A stretch of 64,000 bases of DNA, from assembly GCA_904063045.1 (NCBI GenBank), contig CAJFCJ010000033.1:124001-188000 (forward strand), in the 5' to 3' direction. Source of the stretch: Dimorphilus gyrociliatus (lineage: Eukaryota; Animalia; Annelida). Within the stretch, counting starts at the first letter, position 1. The number at the start of each line of letters is the position of its first letter. The notes under the pieces were generated by a model. It worked only from the letters and a program-made list of their open reading frames with translations, did no database searches and had not been told where the DNA came from. Below, piece by piece: positions 1 to 13,109 of the stretch. Position numbers and translations under genes: made by a program.

Positions 1-197
1 CCTAGGAAAGATTTTCTTGACATAAATACCTAGTCGCCAAATGAATGGAAATAATAATTATATAGGAAACTCTTTAAATTCATAAACATTTATTGACATA
101 ATAGTAATTGAAATATAAACAAATTTTTTTTGGTTGAGAACATACGAGAAAGAATAAACTTATTTTCGAAGTTTTCCAGAAAAGATCCTAATGGGAG

Positions 198-204
<7 letters not shown>

Positions 205-235
<31 letters not shown>
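205..235. repeat. (GA)n microsatellite; representative of many (GA/CT)n tracts, e.g. ~17437-17472, ~23620-23646, ~34226-34253
   Basis: Direct reading of the dinucleotide run. Confidence 0.9.
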
Positions 236-239
<4 letters not shown>

Positions 240-489
240 AAAAGTTTTTCTTATTGTTTTCTTTTTAATAATTTAAAATGAAACAATTAACCTTGTCGTT
301 GTACCCAATCACAATATCCAGAAACTGTGATTTCTAGACTAGAGGAATTTTTTATAATTAAACAATAAAATATTGTTGCCCAAACAGAGATTTTTTTCAA
401 ACTTATTTGATGATTTAATGAAATAAATATTATTTCTTTTAAACTACATCATATATATATATATAAATATATATGATTATTAAGGACTT

Positions 490-3400
490 TCAAGTAAATT
501 TTGGACTATCACTTGAAAATGAATTATCCTGATTGGCTTGTTGAATGAGACGAATTTCAACTTTAACATTTAGGCATGCTTGCCTTTCTTGATGAATTTT
601 GTCACATAAGTCTTTACTCTTAAACTGAAATAGAATAAGAAAACAAAAAAAAGTTAGCTTTTTTTCAATATCGTAAGAAAAATGAAAAAAAAAAAGAATT
701 TGTTACCTCTTCGTTTTCATTGCTTTTTGTTATATTTTGCAAGTGGAGAATTAAATCATTAAGATCTTCATCGTCACTATCGGAATCTGACGATTCAGTA
801 CAATATAATTCTTCATTAATAGCTTTCATATCGCTTATTTCCTATTGAAAAAAAAAATGTAATTTTAGTAGAAAAACTACAAAAGAGATATGTTAATTCA
901 AGAAATATGACTTTTAAAAAAATATTTACTTGGTGTAACTTTTCAATTTCCAACTGTTCTGTATCGATTTTTTGTCTCAGTTCGTCACCTAAAAGCCAAA
1001 ACGAATTTAATTAAAATCATAATAAATATCTACTTACGTATTGCTATCAATTCTTCCTCCTCCAGAACAGCTTTTTGGTGTATGACTAGCAATTCTTCAT
1101 ATTTAGATGCACTCATATCATCTCCTTCTACAATCTCATCGTCTGAACTAGTTACAACTGTTTCAGAACTACATTCAGTTGATATGACAAGGTCATCATC
1201 ATCATCATCATCATCGTCGTCGTCGACATCATTTTCCTCCACTTTCTCCTCTTCGCTCTCATAAAATTCTTGATTACGTTCATTAATCATCTTAATTTCG
1301 CGAGCCTCTAGCGAATCACTACCTTCTTCGTCCTCCAGCGATATAGAATCATTGGGTACTTCTACGAAACGTTCAACTTCATTCGCATTTGCTATTTCCT
1401 CCATCACAACGACAGCTTCGCCTTTTTCAATCGAATTTACTTGCTGATCATTCTCAACTTGATCTGGTGGAGCATTTTCTTTTTCTTCAGCGGACAGTCG
1501 TTTTCTATGTGCATCGGGAGTGGCTTTTTTTGGCTGTTCGGTTAATTCTTTTAACGACCTATCATGTTTCATATTTAAGTTTGGGGTCGATTTGAGATTT
1601 ACTTCAGGTGTAGTTTTGGTTGAATGTCTTTCAACAGGAGTTAAATTAGTGACTTCTGCAGGCGTAATTTCTTTGAGTTTGAGAATTTGCTTCAACTTCC
1701 TTTTTAGTTGAGTAATTACTCGTTGAACTTCCCATAATTCCTCTTCCAATTCAATTTCTCGACAAATAATTAATCTTTGGTGTAAAAACGACAATCGAGA
1801 TTCCTGTTTAGATAATTCCTCTTGTAAAGCTTCAGAATTATCTGGTAATTCAAGAGACCATTTAGAGCCAACTGGTTTCAAAGGAGCGGCGTATCTTAAA
1901 AAAATAAAAAACAAAACAAAATAAAAAAAATACAATAGAAAAAAAAAAACAAATAGTATGTTTGAAAAATTTAACAATTTTTATTTATTTCTTTTATTAC
2001 CTTTTAAGAGAAACATGATGAAAAAAATGCTTGGAATTTTGAAATAGAGTGTTTAATACACTATGGGTTGCACGTACTGTAGGACTAAGTACTATTGCTA
2101 CGTTCTGTAGAGACATTTTATTTTCTTTTCTCTTTAAAAAGAAAATTATAATTATTATTTTATCATTCAATTATAAATGAATATACATACGTATTCGATA
2201 ACATGCGATAAATGCACTATAACCCAAGACATGAGAAGATAATTAGGTGAAGGTAATAATTTCATTAATTTTTCAAATTCTTCTAATTTTGCTGTTATAT
2301 TTTTAATTTTTGCTAAAAAAATAAATTATTTTCCTATTTAATTTTGTCGATTAAAAATTAAATCAATTCTTTTTACTTACAAGCTTCCTCGAATTGGGAA
2401 TTTAATTGTTTCGTAAGTAAGGGTTCTGGTAATTCTCGAAGAAACAGCTTAAATAATGACGCAACCGTATGAGGGTCGTACTCTTTTAAGCATACAGTCT
2501 CCCCCCGATTATACATTTCTCTAAGAGCCTGTACTTTAGATTTAACGCCCGATATACGATAAATTCCTTCGCAGGTTAGGCCTATTAAGAAAAAAATAAT
2601 ATGCCAATATTTATATTATATATAAATTCTTAGAAAGTTTTGATGAGATTAAATAATACAAGATTTTTAGTTAAGCCTTACCGAATTCTTCTATATAATC
2701 TATACAATTTCTAACAATTAACGGCAAATGTATGCCATCGTAGTTATTACTCCTTTCAATTGCAGTTATTAAAGATATACCAAACATAGGAGTTTGTGAT
2801 TCTTTTTCCTTCTTTCGGTCTAAATGAAAAGGAAATTATAAAAAAGAGTGAAAAACTTATCAATTAATTTTTTACCTGAATTATGCGCATGACGTTTCCG
2901 CCTTTTTAATTTCTTTTTTTCTTTACTACTAAGATCATCTTTTTCCTTCTCTTTATCCTTATCTTTATCCTTATCCCTTTTCTTCTCGGGCTAGAAGAGT
3001 ATTTATTTATAAATACGTCTGATTCTTAATTTTAATGATTTATTTAACTTTTCGAAAAATTATTAAATACCTTAAAGAAATCTCTTGACGGAAATTTAAA
3101 ACTTTTACTTGACTTTTTCACTTTCACTGGACTCCTAATTAAAAATACAAGAAAAATTACTATTTACAACGAAATTTTCCAAAATTCGTAGTCTTTATAT
3201 AAATTATCATAAAAAGATGCTTCGTTAGCATTTTTATTTATACAGAAAATACAGAGATTTATTGAAAAAGAGCGTATTTATTTCTACAAATTTTCCTTAC
3301 CTTCCCTCATCAGCACCTTGTACAAGGGTTTCTTCTTCGCTATGCTCTTCTTCAAATGGTTTATAACCTTTGTCTTTCTTTTCTTTTTTGTCTTTTATCA

Positions 3401-3649
3401 GCTTCTTCTTTTTATGCTTATCCTCATCGTCACCTATATTAGAAAGAAAATATATTGGAATCGCTGTGAAAAAAGTATGATCTTTCTTTCATATAACATT
3501 AAAAATTGATGGTAAGTGGTGGATGCGGGTAGGAATTTTGGCTGTCTAGAGTTTATCATGCCCAACTTACTCATCAAATTTATCAAACCAGGAAATTCCT
3601 TAGCGATATCAGGACTCTCCAAACTTACTGTTCTTTCGTAGATCGCCAT
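490..3649 (-). CDS. RALBP1: RalA-binding protein 1 (RLIP76), multi-exon; start codon tentative
   Basis: Hand-translated exons: N-terminal SLESPDIAKEFPGL (like insect Rlip DSPxxKEFPGL), Lys-rich KDKKEKKDKGY, and RhoGAP FGISL..DGIHLPLIVRNCIDYIEEF / CEGIYRISGVKSKV..TVASLFKLFLRELPEPLLT / QNVAIVLSPTV. The Ral-binding coiled coil EEELWEVQRVITQLKRKLK is in ORF 1030..1977. The last exon is HQERQACLNVKVEIRLIQ..KFT with stop at 490-492. Confidence 0.93.
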
Positions 3650-4797
3650 TAACAACAATCTTTGAAGTGGGTGCAATAATAGTTAAAAGTGAGAATGCGA
3701 AGAAAAAGAGAAAATTAAAAAAAAGCATTGTTCGAGGTGCTATCATTGATACTTCAATCGCATCTTAAGCGAGAATGATGTATACAAAGAATTGATTAAG
3801 ATTGCAAAGGATTTATATATTGTGTATTCATTAGTAAGTAAGATTGGCCAAAATATTTCAAAATAACAATTTAATAAAGGAAAATATATACCTGTCGTTA
3901 TATCCATGTCATCTACAGAGAGCTTTAGAAATTACTCCAAAAGCGTTTTGAAATGCCGGAACGGGTATTAATACCTACCGCGCGGCGTTGGGGGGACGCC
4001 GTTAATTTCCTAATTCGCTTTCGAAAAAATGTTACTTGGTAATTATGTCATCAGGTGACCGGATTCCTATGAATTCTATTCCAAGTTTTAATAAAGTTAA
4101 GCAGAAGTTAAAAAAATCAAGGATTCCCCTTCTTTTTTCGTATAAATGTATAACTTTGACTTGTGCACAATCAATTAAAATAGCTACAGTAATTCCTTTT
4201 AATTACAAAATTAAATATTTATTGAAAATTATAATAAATTGTATTGTTTACACAAAAAAAATTTAAGTCTTCAACTATTTTCGTCGAATGAAGTGATACG
4301 CATATGTTTTAGTAATATCCAAGACTGGCGCAGTGCAATTCTTTCATTCCAAGTCTGGTAACAAGTCAAAGAAAGTATAAGAAATACTCTCTGATACTTT
4401 ATTTATCATAAAATTAAATTGGATTAATATAGTAAGTCGATATATTAAATAGTTACATTGAATATTACTTCGAAAAATTCACTATTTGGAAGAGAACATA
4501 CCAGGGTTTTGTTTTTAAACGAGCTTATTGGTCAAAAAGGCTCACGTGCGCACCCTAATATTTTTTGCAACGTATGAAGCTTTTCATTTTTCCATTTAGA
4601 ATAATATCTGGAAAGAGTTTCTGTAAAAATAAAGATGTTTATGTATGTTTTTCTAAAAAAAGAAAGTCATTAGAACATTCGAATTTGGAACACCTGCGAA
4701 TATTCTGTTCTAAACACAGCAAAAAAAAATTAACACATCTTAACATCATAGTTTAACACAATTTGTTTTTAAATTATCTCAGAAAGAACATTCTGCA

Positions 4798-5463
4798 ATG
4801 GGTAGAAATATCGAATTGAAAGTTAACGTAAACAGCGTACAAGAAATCGAAAAAGTGTTGAAAGAAAAGTTCCATAAAGAAAATCCAAAAATTCTCATAC
4901 AAAAAGATATTTTTTTTTTGGTGAATGGCAGAGAAAATGAACGACTTAAATTAAGATATTTTGATGAGGTTTAATCAGTGATATCTTTTTGTTTTAATAC
5001 CTTGTACAGTTTATTTTATTTGTTATTTATCTACAGGATGAAGGCGAGTTGATTGCTTACAAGAGAGCAGACGAAATCGGACCCAAAATGTCCTCTTACG
5101 AAAAATTTCCTACAAACAATCCAAAACAGCTTGAAGAGACTCTTAAAAAGGCTCTACCTATTTTGGGAGTTGTCAGGAAAGTTCGAAAGTTGTATATGAT
5201 TGGTAAAGCTCGCATACATCTGGATGTTGTAGAAGGTTTAGGTGACTTTATGGAGTTTGAGGTTAGTTCAAATGTCATTGAACCTGAGAGAAAAAAATAT
5301 TGACACGAATATTGCTAAATAGGTTGTATTGGACGATGACGAAATTGATGAAGATGGAGAAAAGATAGCGTACGACTTGATGTTTGATTTAGACGTTGAA
5401 AAATCATCTCTTGTCGATTGCGCTTATATTGATCTGCTTCGGAAGAAGCGAGAAAAAATTTAA
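4798..5463 (+). CDS. CYTH-domain protein, class IV adenylyl cyclase (CyaB)-like / triphosphate tunnel metalloenzyme; 3 exons (4798-4968, 5037-5261, 5323-5463), 178 aa
   Basis: GT-AG exons join in frame to MGRNIELK..QKDIFF..RLKLRY..VRKVRKLY..RIHLDVVEGLGDFMEFEVV. The ExExK motif and LDxVxxLGxFxExE are CYTH hallmarks. Confidence 0.9.
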
Positions 5464-6236
5464 AAAATAAGCTACAATATTTTGTTTTTTTTTCTACATT
5501 CAATTGTTATTCAAACAATTACTTCATTGAAAATTTAATACTTAAAGCGTTCAAAATTTTTTTTCAATACATTGAATTTAAAACTTCTTCTGTTTGCTTA
5601 GCACAAATTGTTTTCAAATTTTCTATATATATAAATTTATATATATATTTCTTAAAAACGTGACGTTTAACCTAATAGCAGGACTATCTTATTATCAAGG
5701 CAAACAATATTACAATATTTGAGGTGATAATAATGGATAAAAACTAACTCGTTGACACTTTAGAATGCCTTATATACCTCATAGAAGCGAATAAGCCAAT
5801 TATTTTAGGCTTGTGAAATAATCTACTTGTAAAATATAATGTAAATACCAATTTCCTGCATTTGATTTAGTTTTTTATCTTTTATTTTATCAAACAACAG
5901 ATGGCCCTAGTCGGATGATTCCAGTTAAATGACTAGCAGACGCCTCCGAAATAAATTATAGCATTGTTTTCTGATAAAAGTAAAAAAATATACGTAATAT
6001 AATTATTTGAAAAGTTTGATTTTATTATTAATAAATATAGTATTAAAGTAACTGTTGTACAATATCTAATCAATTAATAGTTTTGACGACAACTAACATC
6101 TAAGAGTGTCGTTTATAGTATTGCACAACGTATTGCAATTATACTATAGATAACTTTATCGAGCAGAGCTACCTTAAAAAGCAGAGACGAAAACAATACT
6201 TGGTACTCATTCTTGGCTGTCTGTGCTAAAAAAGAC

Positions 6237-9200
6237 ATGGCTTTGGAATTAAGCGATCTGCCTGATAAAGGAACGAACTGCAGGTAAGGCTGAAAAAAAT
6301 GTTATTTGTTTAAACTATCACCTCACTCTCTTCAGCTTGTTAGTCTCCAATAAAATTATATATATACTTTATATATATATACGTATATTACTGAACGTTT
6401 TAAAAGAAATTAAAGCTTGCTTTCAACTACAGTAATATTTTTTTCCTCTAGGAAGTTGAAAGGACCAGAAGTTGTTTTTAAAGACGTATCATATAAACTA
6501 CCAAGTGGAAAACAAACGCTCTTTAACATATCTGGAATAGCACCACCAGGTCAAATACTTGCAATCCTTGGCCCAAGTGGTAAATACTATTATAAAATAG
6601 TGTATTTGCTATCTATCTTATTTTATCATAGGGTTTTAATCGTTTAATCTACTTAATATATATATATATATAAATTATATATATATATATATATCTTTAG
6701 GTCTATCTACTAGTCACCAAAATTAGAGTAATTCTCTGATTATTCCTGATTAAAAAGATATATTGCATGTAATAAATACACAAAGTTTTTTCCTTATCAC
6801 AATGAAGATTTTAACATTTAAACAATGAAATGCTTGTTAATTTTTTTCATATTATATTTTATAAATATTTAAAGGTGCTGGCAAAACGACATTTCTAAAT
6901 GTCCTTTCAATGCGTGAAACGGAAAACATCACTGGAAATCTATTAATTAATGGAGTACAGATGGGAAAATCTATGAAGAGACAAATGTGTTATGTTAAGC
7001 AAGAAGATCTATTTTTCGAGAGATTAACATTAAAAGAAACTCTAATGGTAACTTCCTTTTTCTAAATATAGATATTTTACTGTAACCCTCTAAAAATGAA
7101 GTAACACGTCGTAATAGAACAAAGAGAATAGACAATACACCTTGATTGATAAAGCTGTATTTTTCTCTATCCCATTTAAGAAAATCAGCCTTAAGGAAAA
7201 TCCACAATCTCCTTTTGTCTGTTTGTTTGTTATTTAAATATAATATCATTACCAAGTTTAGCCAATTTCCTTTTTTTTCGTTAAAAAAGATTTCGGCTAT
7301 TAGGGAATTGTAGAGAAAGACAGAGAGAGAAAAAGAGAGATTTGATGAAGACTAAGTTAAAAGGAATAGTGTTCCAGGAGTTTGCCTTTATTGTAAAAAA
7401 CACTTTGAAAGGGGTTGATTGTGTTATTTTATTTTTTTTAAAGGCAGTTATAGATTATTTTTCTTTCCTTTTAGCGGCAAATTATTTTCTTTTTTATTAT
7501 ATTCTGTTTAGGTAAATTTTCTCAGGAGAAAGACTAAATTATAAACTACTCATATTGCTCTCTCTTCCCATTTGTCTGGTCATAAAAGAGGGTACAAATT
7601 TTTATTGTTGACTTATTAAATGTTCTCTTTTTGGAGAGTGCTCTATTTCATATTTTCTACACCTGTAGCTCCTTTTCCATAAAACAGCATAGATAGATAT
7701 CTATTTTGGTATTTTTTTTCACTCTTTTCACATTCTTTACTTTTATTTAAATACTATCTGAAAATGGTTTTTTTTTCATCCTAACACATACTGTTTTCAT
7801 TTTGGCTATTGAATAAAGTGCGACTTTTAATTTTATTAATAATCATGTTTTCTTTCATTTTCAGTACACAGCAATGCTTAGGCTACCAGATAAGATGCCT
7901 AAGCAGATGAAAATTGATAGAGTCGACGAACTAATTAAAGTTCTTGACTTACAAAAGTGTATAAATACTAGTAAGTGAATGAAATAGTTAAATTTGTTTT
8001 TATGCTTATATATAAAATCAAATGTATTAGGAATTGGCGGAATTGAGATTCAAGGTTTGTCTGGAGGGGAGAAGAAACGAGCTAACATTGCCTGTGAATT
8101 GTTAACAAATCCAAAGTTAATGCTATTAGACGTAAGCCAGGCACTTTAATGATTTAAGATTTAGCTATTAATAATTTCTCATTATAATATTGCAGGAGCC
8201 AACGTCTGGACTGGATTCGAGTACATCTTACAGTTTAATAAAAACGCTGAAAGATTACTCAGTAAGACAAGGAAAGACTATCATAACTACAATTCACCAA
8301 CCGAGTAGTCAGATATTTTATACATTTGACAAACTATTGTTATTATGCGATGGAAGAGTAGCCTATTACGGAAATGTGAAAGAAGTCACCCAATTCTTTT
8401 CGAATATAAATATACACTGTTCACCCGAATACAACCCTGCAGATTTTATCAGTATGCCTCTTCTCTTAATCCTCTTAGGTCCAAATCATGTTATTCTTTA
8501 AAATTTTTTTTACCTACAGTTGAAAAGGTTAAAGACGAATACTTGAAAGGCGAAATATTTGAAGCTGCAGAAAAAAAATTGTGAGGAATAAGATTTTTAT
8601 TTTTTTTTAAAAAAAATATCATTCTAATATAATATTACTTAAAATTCATTAAGACAAACAATTGAATGGCCTAGCGAACAAAGGCAGGAAATTAGTATGA
8701 AAAATAATGAGAACACTGTATCTAAATCTCAATCAACCGTGACATATGAAAAATATAGAAAATACGATGGTTTGTCAATAAATTTCGAATTAAAATATTT
8801 AATTAGTTTGATAATAATTCTAATATCTTTTAATAAACTTTTTATAGATATAGATGCTTTACCCTCTGAAGGATGTAATGGTACATCTGTACAGCTAGAA
8901 CTCGGTCACGATTTCTATACACAATCCAAATGGCAAACTAAATTCACGACTCAATTAGTCGTTCTAACTAAACGTAACTTTAAGGCGTCTCTGGGTAGAA
9001 TTCTGTCGAAGATGGCCGTTTCTGTTGTAAGTATAAATTTAAAGAAATAAAAGCAACAAAAGCTAAGGGAAATTAATTTCTCTTTCTGTTTTTTTTTTGT
9101 TTTAAACCTACATGCAACTATCTTATCGTTAAGTGTATCTATTTCTTTCTCGTAATAGAATGTATTTACTGCAATTGTCATGAGTCTATTATGGTTTCGA

Positions 9201-10275
9201 TTAAAACGAGAAGAAGACTCACTAAATAATCGTATAGGAATGGTTTGTGTAAAAACAGTAAAATTGATACAATTGTTGTTGATTAACTCTATTTCTTTCG
9301 ACTAGATATTCTTCATATCAATTCATCTACAATTTTCGACTATGATAGACGCAATACAAAGCTGTAAGTTGCTAATTAAAATAATCTCGTCTATTTTACT
9401 TAATGTAATTTTTTTCAAACAATACGAATATAAAGTTAATCTAGCTTTTTTTGTGTATTTTTAGTTCCCTTTGAACGTCCCATAATTAATAAAGAAAGGT
9501 CTTCTGGTGCATATCGCCTAAGCGCATATATATCATCAAAGTACTTTAGTGAGACTCCTTTGCAAATGGTTCTACCCTTTGTTATTATAACTTTAACGTA
9601 CTGGTGCGTTAATTTACATGCTCACGCCGGTTATTTCTGTATATATCTACTTTTGGGCTTATTAAACGCCTTGGCAGCATCTGTTAGTTATTAAATTCAA
9701 TAGAAAATATATATAATTGTATGTATCACTGTTATTATATAAATAATATTTAATAGGGAGTTGGAATGTGTATTGGATCTATTCTGAATGACTTTCAAAC
9801 CTCTGTAACAAGTGCTGCTATATACGGGATTGTTAATATGATGGCTGGAGGATGGTTTATTCGAAATATTCCACCGGCCCTTGCCTGGTTGAAGCATATA
9901 TCTTTGGTTGGTGTATCATTTAACTCCCTCCTTAAAGTTGAACTCAATTATGGACCCGATTTAAAGTAGTTAATTCAGTTGATAAAACGATATCTTAATA
10001 CAAAATAGTGTTTGTTCCTTTTTTTTAATAGATGTTCTGGACTGAACGAAACGACTTTTGATATCTGTAAAAGAAACGGAACTTTACTTTCAGGAAAAGA
10101 AGTTATAAGATCCTTGGGATTCACTAGACCTTTGTGGCTTGATATACTAGTTTTGTCTTTGATAGCGATTCTAACTCGCTTGGTTGTATATGCATCTGCT
10201 AGATATTACCAAACTGCAAATGGACCAACAAACCCTTTTAGGAATTGTTTTAGTTCTGTCAAAAGGAAAAAATAA
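6237..10275 (+). CDS. ABCG (white-family) half transporter, NBD followed by TMD, multi-exon
   Basis: Walker A GPSG|AGKTT across an intron, signature LSGGEKKR, Walker B LLLD|EPTSGLD, TIHQPSS H-loop, [16 protein letters not shown], and C-terminal TM exons ending at TAA 10273-10275. First exon [16 protein letters not shown] is followed by gtaagg. Confidence 0.93.
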
Positions 10276-10715
10276 AGTGAAATCTGAATTTATATTTAAC
10301 TTTAAATTTAAAGTATCCTTTTAATCTTGCGCAACAATTTATTAGATAATAAAAAATATCATAACATTAGGTTCACAGTGAACATAACCAAAAAGAATAA
10401 TTTTTTTTTGATTTGGCAACTTTTTTTATTTTCGAATTTCTTCCTGAATATTAAAATTTCCACAAAATAATTTTTATATTTTTCTGAAGAAAACTGATAA
10501 GATGTTATGGAAATATTCAGAAATACTATTTTCTTAAAAATAACTGCGGCCCTATATTGAGAAAAATAAAGATGGCGGTTCAACGTTCTGACATATAGAA
10601 TCAGTTGCTCAACTGTAATTTCTGCTGAATGTCAAGAGAAGTTTTCTATGAAACTTAAAAATTATAAAGTGTCCCAAATTTATTATTCACAAGATGCCTA
10701 TAAATTTGCCTGACT

Positions 10716-12385
10716 ATGCCAACAATGCCGTTTTTTCCTAGAAATAGTATATTTTTGTTGCGGTATTAAATAGGTAATTTCCAGGGTAACTCCTTTTTTT
10801 TTCAGATAAGAGCTCGTCGTGTCCTAAGGACACCACCAAGAATCATCTGAATAATATTAACTTCCCTGTTAACGGTAATATTGTTAATAACGGATAAAAG
10901 TATGTAATTGTAAATCCTTTCGTAATTAGATAATCTCCGTCTATTATCCTCTTCGGAAACCGAAAATTACAACATTCCCAAAAGGTTTTCAAGACTTCAT
11001 CAAACTCTAAATGAATTATTACAAGACAATGATTCCATAAAATATCTCTTACGATATTTGGAAACAAAAGGATTTGACCATTACTTGAAGTTTTGGCTAG
11101 AAGTGGTGAGTTTTAAATCAACGACGACTTCCAGAACAAACGCATCTAATCAGGGAAAAAATTCAAACTTAGCTAATGGATTTGCTGAAAAAGGTAGTTG
11201 ATAAATAGCTGCTAATTGCTTATGAATAATTGATTTAGTGATCGATACGATTGTTTCTGTTTTTTGTTTTTAAACGCAGCAATAAAACGGGACGCAGTTA
11301 CAATATATCAAAAATACTTAGCACATGATTCAACAAACCCAATAGGCATAAGCGAAGACTTGCGAAATGATGTTATGTCACGAATGTGCATGGAAGATGG
11401 ATCAGTGGATCCTAATTGCTTTAATCATTGTCAAAATTTTGTTTTGGAGTTTATTTACAGGGCCTTTGAAGGCTATAATAATAGTAAATTCTTTTATCAA
11501 CGTCAAATAGATATTTTGACATCCAACGTTAGAATGCCGGATATACTATTTTATCAGGCAGCATTTTTCTATTTTATGGAATTTATGGAAAGGGAGGGCG
11601 GCTCTATTCTCATAGAATGCTGGATAGCAATGGACAATTTTGAATATGGAGAATCGGCTGCTCAAGAAGATGCAATGGTGATCTACGATAAATATTTCTC
11701 GTTACAAGCAATCTCTCCTGTAGGATTTGATGATAAGATTCGTTTTGAAATTGAAACGAATATATGTCGGGAAGGTGGGCCTTTAAAGGATTGCTTTCTT
11801 TGTGCTCAAAAAGTTGTTCTATGCTCTCTGGAAAGGATATATCTACCTGTTTTTCTCAAATCCGATTTATACTTGAAGTATTTAGATGAACTGATTTCAG
11901 CCGCAAAAAATCAACATAAAAGGAACTCAAGCAACGGTTCCAATAATTCTATTCACCAAGCAACAGCGTCTTCTCATCCAAAAAAGTCCACCGATAAAGT
12001 TAGCGAAAATTTTACAATCGATAATAGTCTATTCGAACCCGATACGCTTTGGCAAAGAGATGAAGGACAAATGACTTTAGGTAGAATAAACGAATGGGGA
12101 GAATACGTTCGCAGATTCGAACCGGAACCGGAGAATGACAAAAGAAACTTTGGTAAATATTGCTGATAAAATTTTTGCGTTTATTTCATTATGTCCGTAA
12201 TGAAAATGATATTTTATTTCTGTTTTTTTATTATTATACTATATATTTTTGATTCTTTCTTTTCAGTTGAAAAAATATTCGTAAGAAGTAAGGAAAAGGA
12301 TAAAACTGAGGAAGATATGGCTAGTCAAGTGGCTAAGATGATAATTAACGATATTGTGTCGGTTACGAAGTCTACTAAAAAGTAG
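10716..12385 (+). CDS. AKAP10: A-kinase anchor protein 10 (D-AKAP2), two RGS domains plus C-terminal PKA-binding helix
   Basis: N-terminal MPFFPRN, RGS1 SRLHQTLNELLQD..YLKFWLEVVSF, RGS2 ILFYQAAFFYFMEFME..DAMVIYDKYFSLQA..PVGFDDKIRFEIETNICREGGP, LGRINEWG, and AKB helix EEDMASQVAKMIINDIV. It ends STKK (vertebrate STKL). The exact C-terminus could be spliced further. Confidence 0.92.
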
Positions 12386-13109
12386 AAATTATAGCTTATG
12401 TATTACATATACAAATTCGTACGTAAATGTAGGGAAGGAGATTATTCTGCAGATATAAAGAAGAAAACAATTACCCTCACCATGGTGCTCACTATACCCT
12501 CTTTCTTTTCAATAGACGTCCTGAGTTGAGTGGGTATTATTAAAAATGTTAAAATGTAGATTTTTTTAAAGCAAGTATGAAAGTTTTTTTTCTACGGAAA
12601 GTTGAAAAAGAAAATGAAAAAAAAATAAAAATTTGTGAATTTGATTATAGAAGAGTATTAACAAAAATAAAATAAATATTAGTTTATTTAATTTGTTTCT
12701 ACTTTTTTATATATGTTTGTATTTATTGAAAAAATCATGTAATTCATCTTTAAGGATCGTTTGTTATTTATGTAGATTTTTCTATTAAAATACACGTTCG
12801 TCGAATCCTTGTTTTCATGTTTTTCTGGAGTTGAAATGAAAAAACGTTGACAATATATATCGTGTTCATATTCAAATATAGTTGAGCAGTTAGTACTGAC
12901 ACCTACAATTCTTTGATCTTTCAATGTCAACGAACATTTACAAAGATTGTGATAAGATCTTGAGGTAAATAGCTATCATATCGTGTCTACTGCACTTTAA
13001 CTGCTGTCATAATGTACATATTTCCTTTAATTACTTCAGAATCAATAGCTGCTGAGGGAAAATAAACTCGACTTTTGTAAAATTCGCGTAGTTCTTTATT
13101 CCGTTTAAA

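Noticed and set aside
1195-1230. (TCA/TCG)n trinucleotide repeat
   Set aside because: It simply encodes the poly-Asp tract of RALBP1 on the minus strand.
1082-1711. Short + strand ORFs overlapping RALBP1, and similar antisense ORFs over the CYTH, ABCG, sulfotransferase and CLUH-like exons
   Set aside because: They are antisense shadows of real coding exons.
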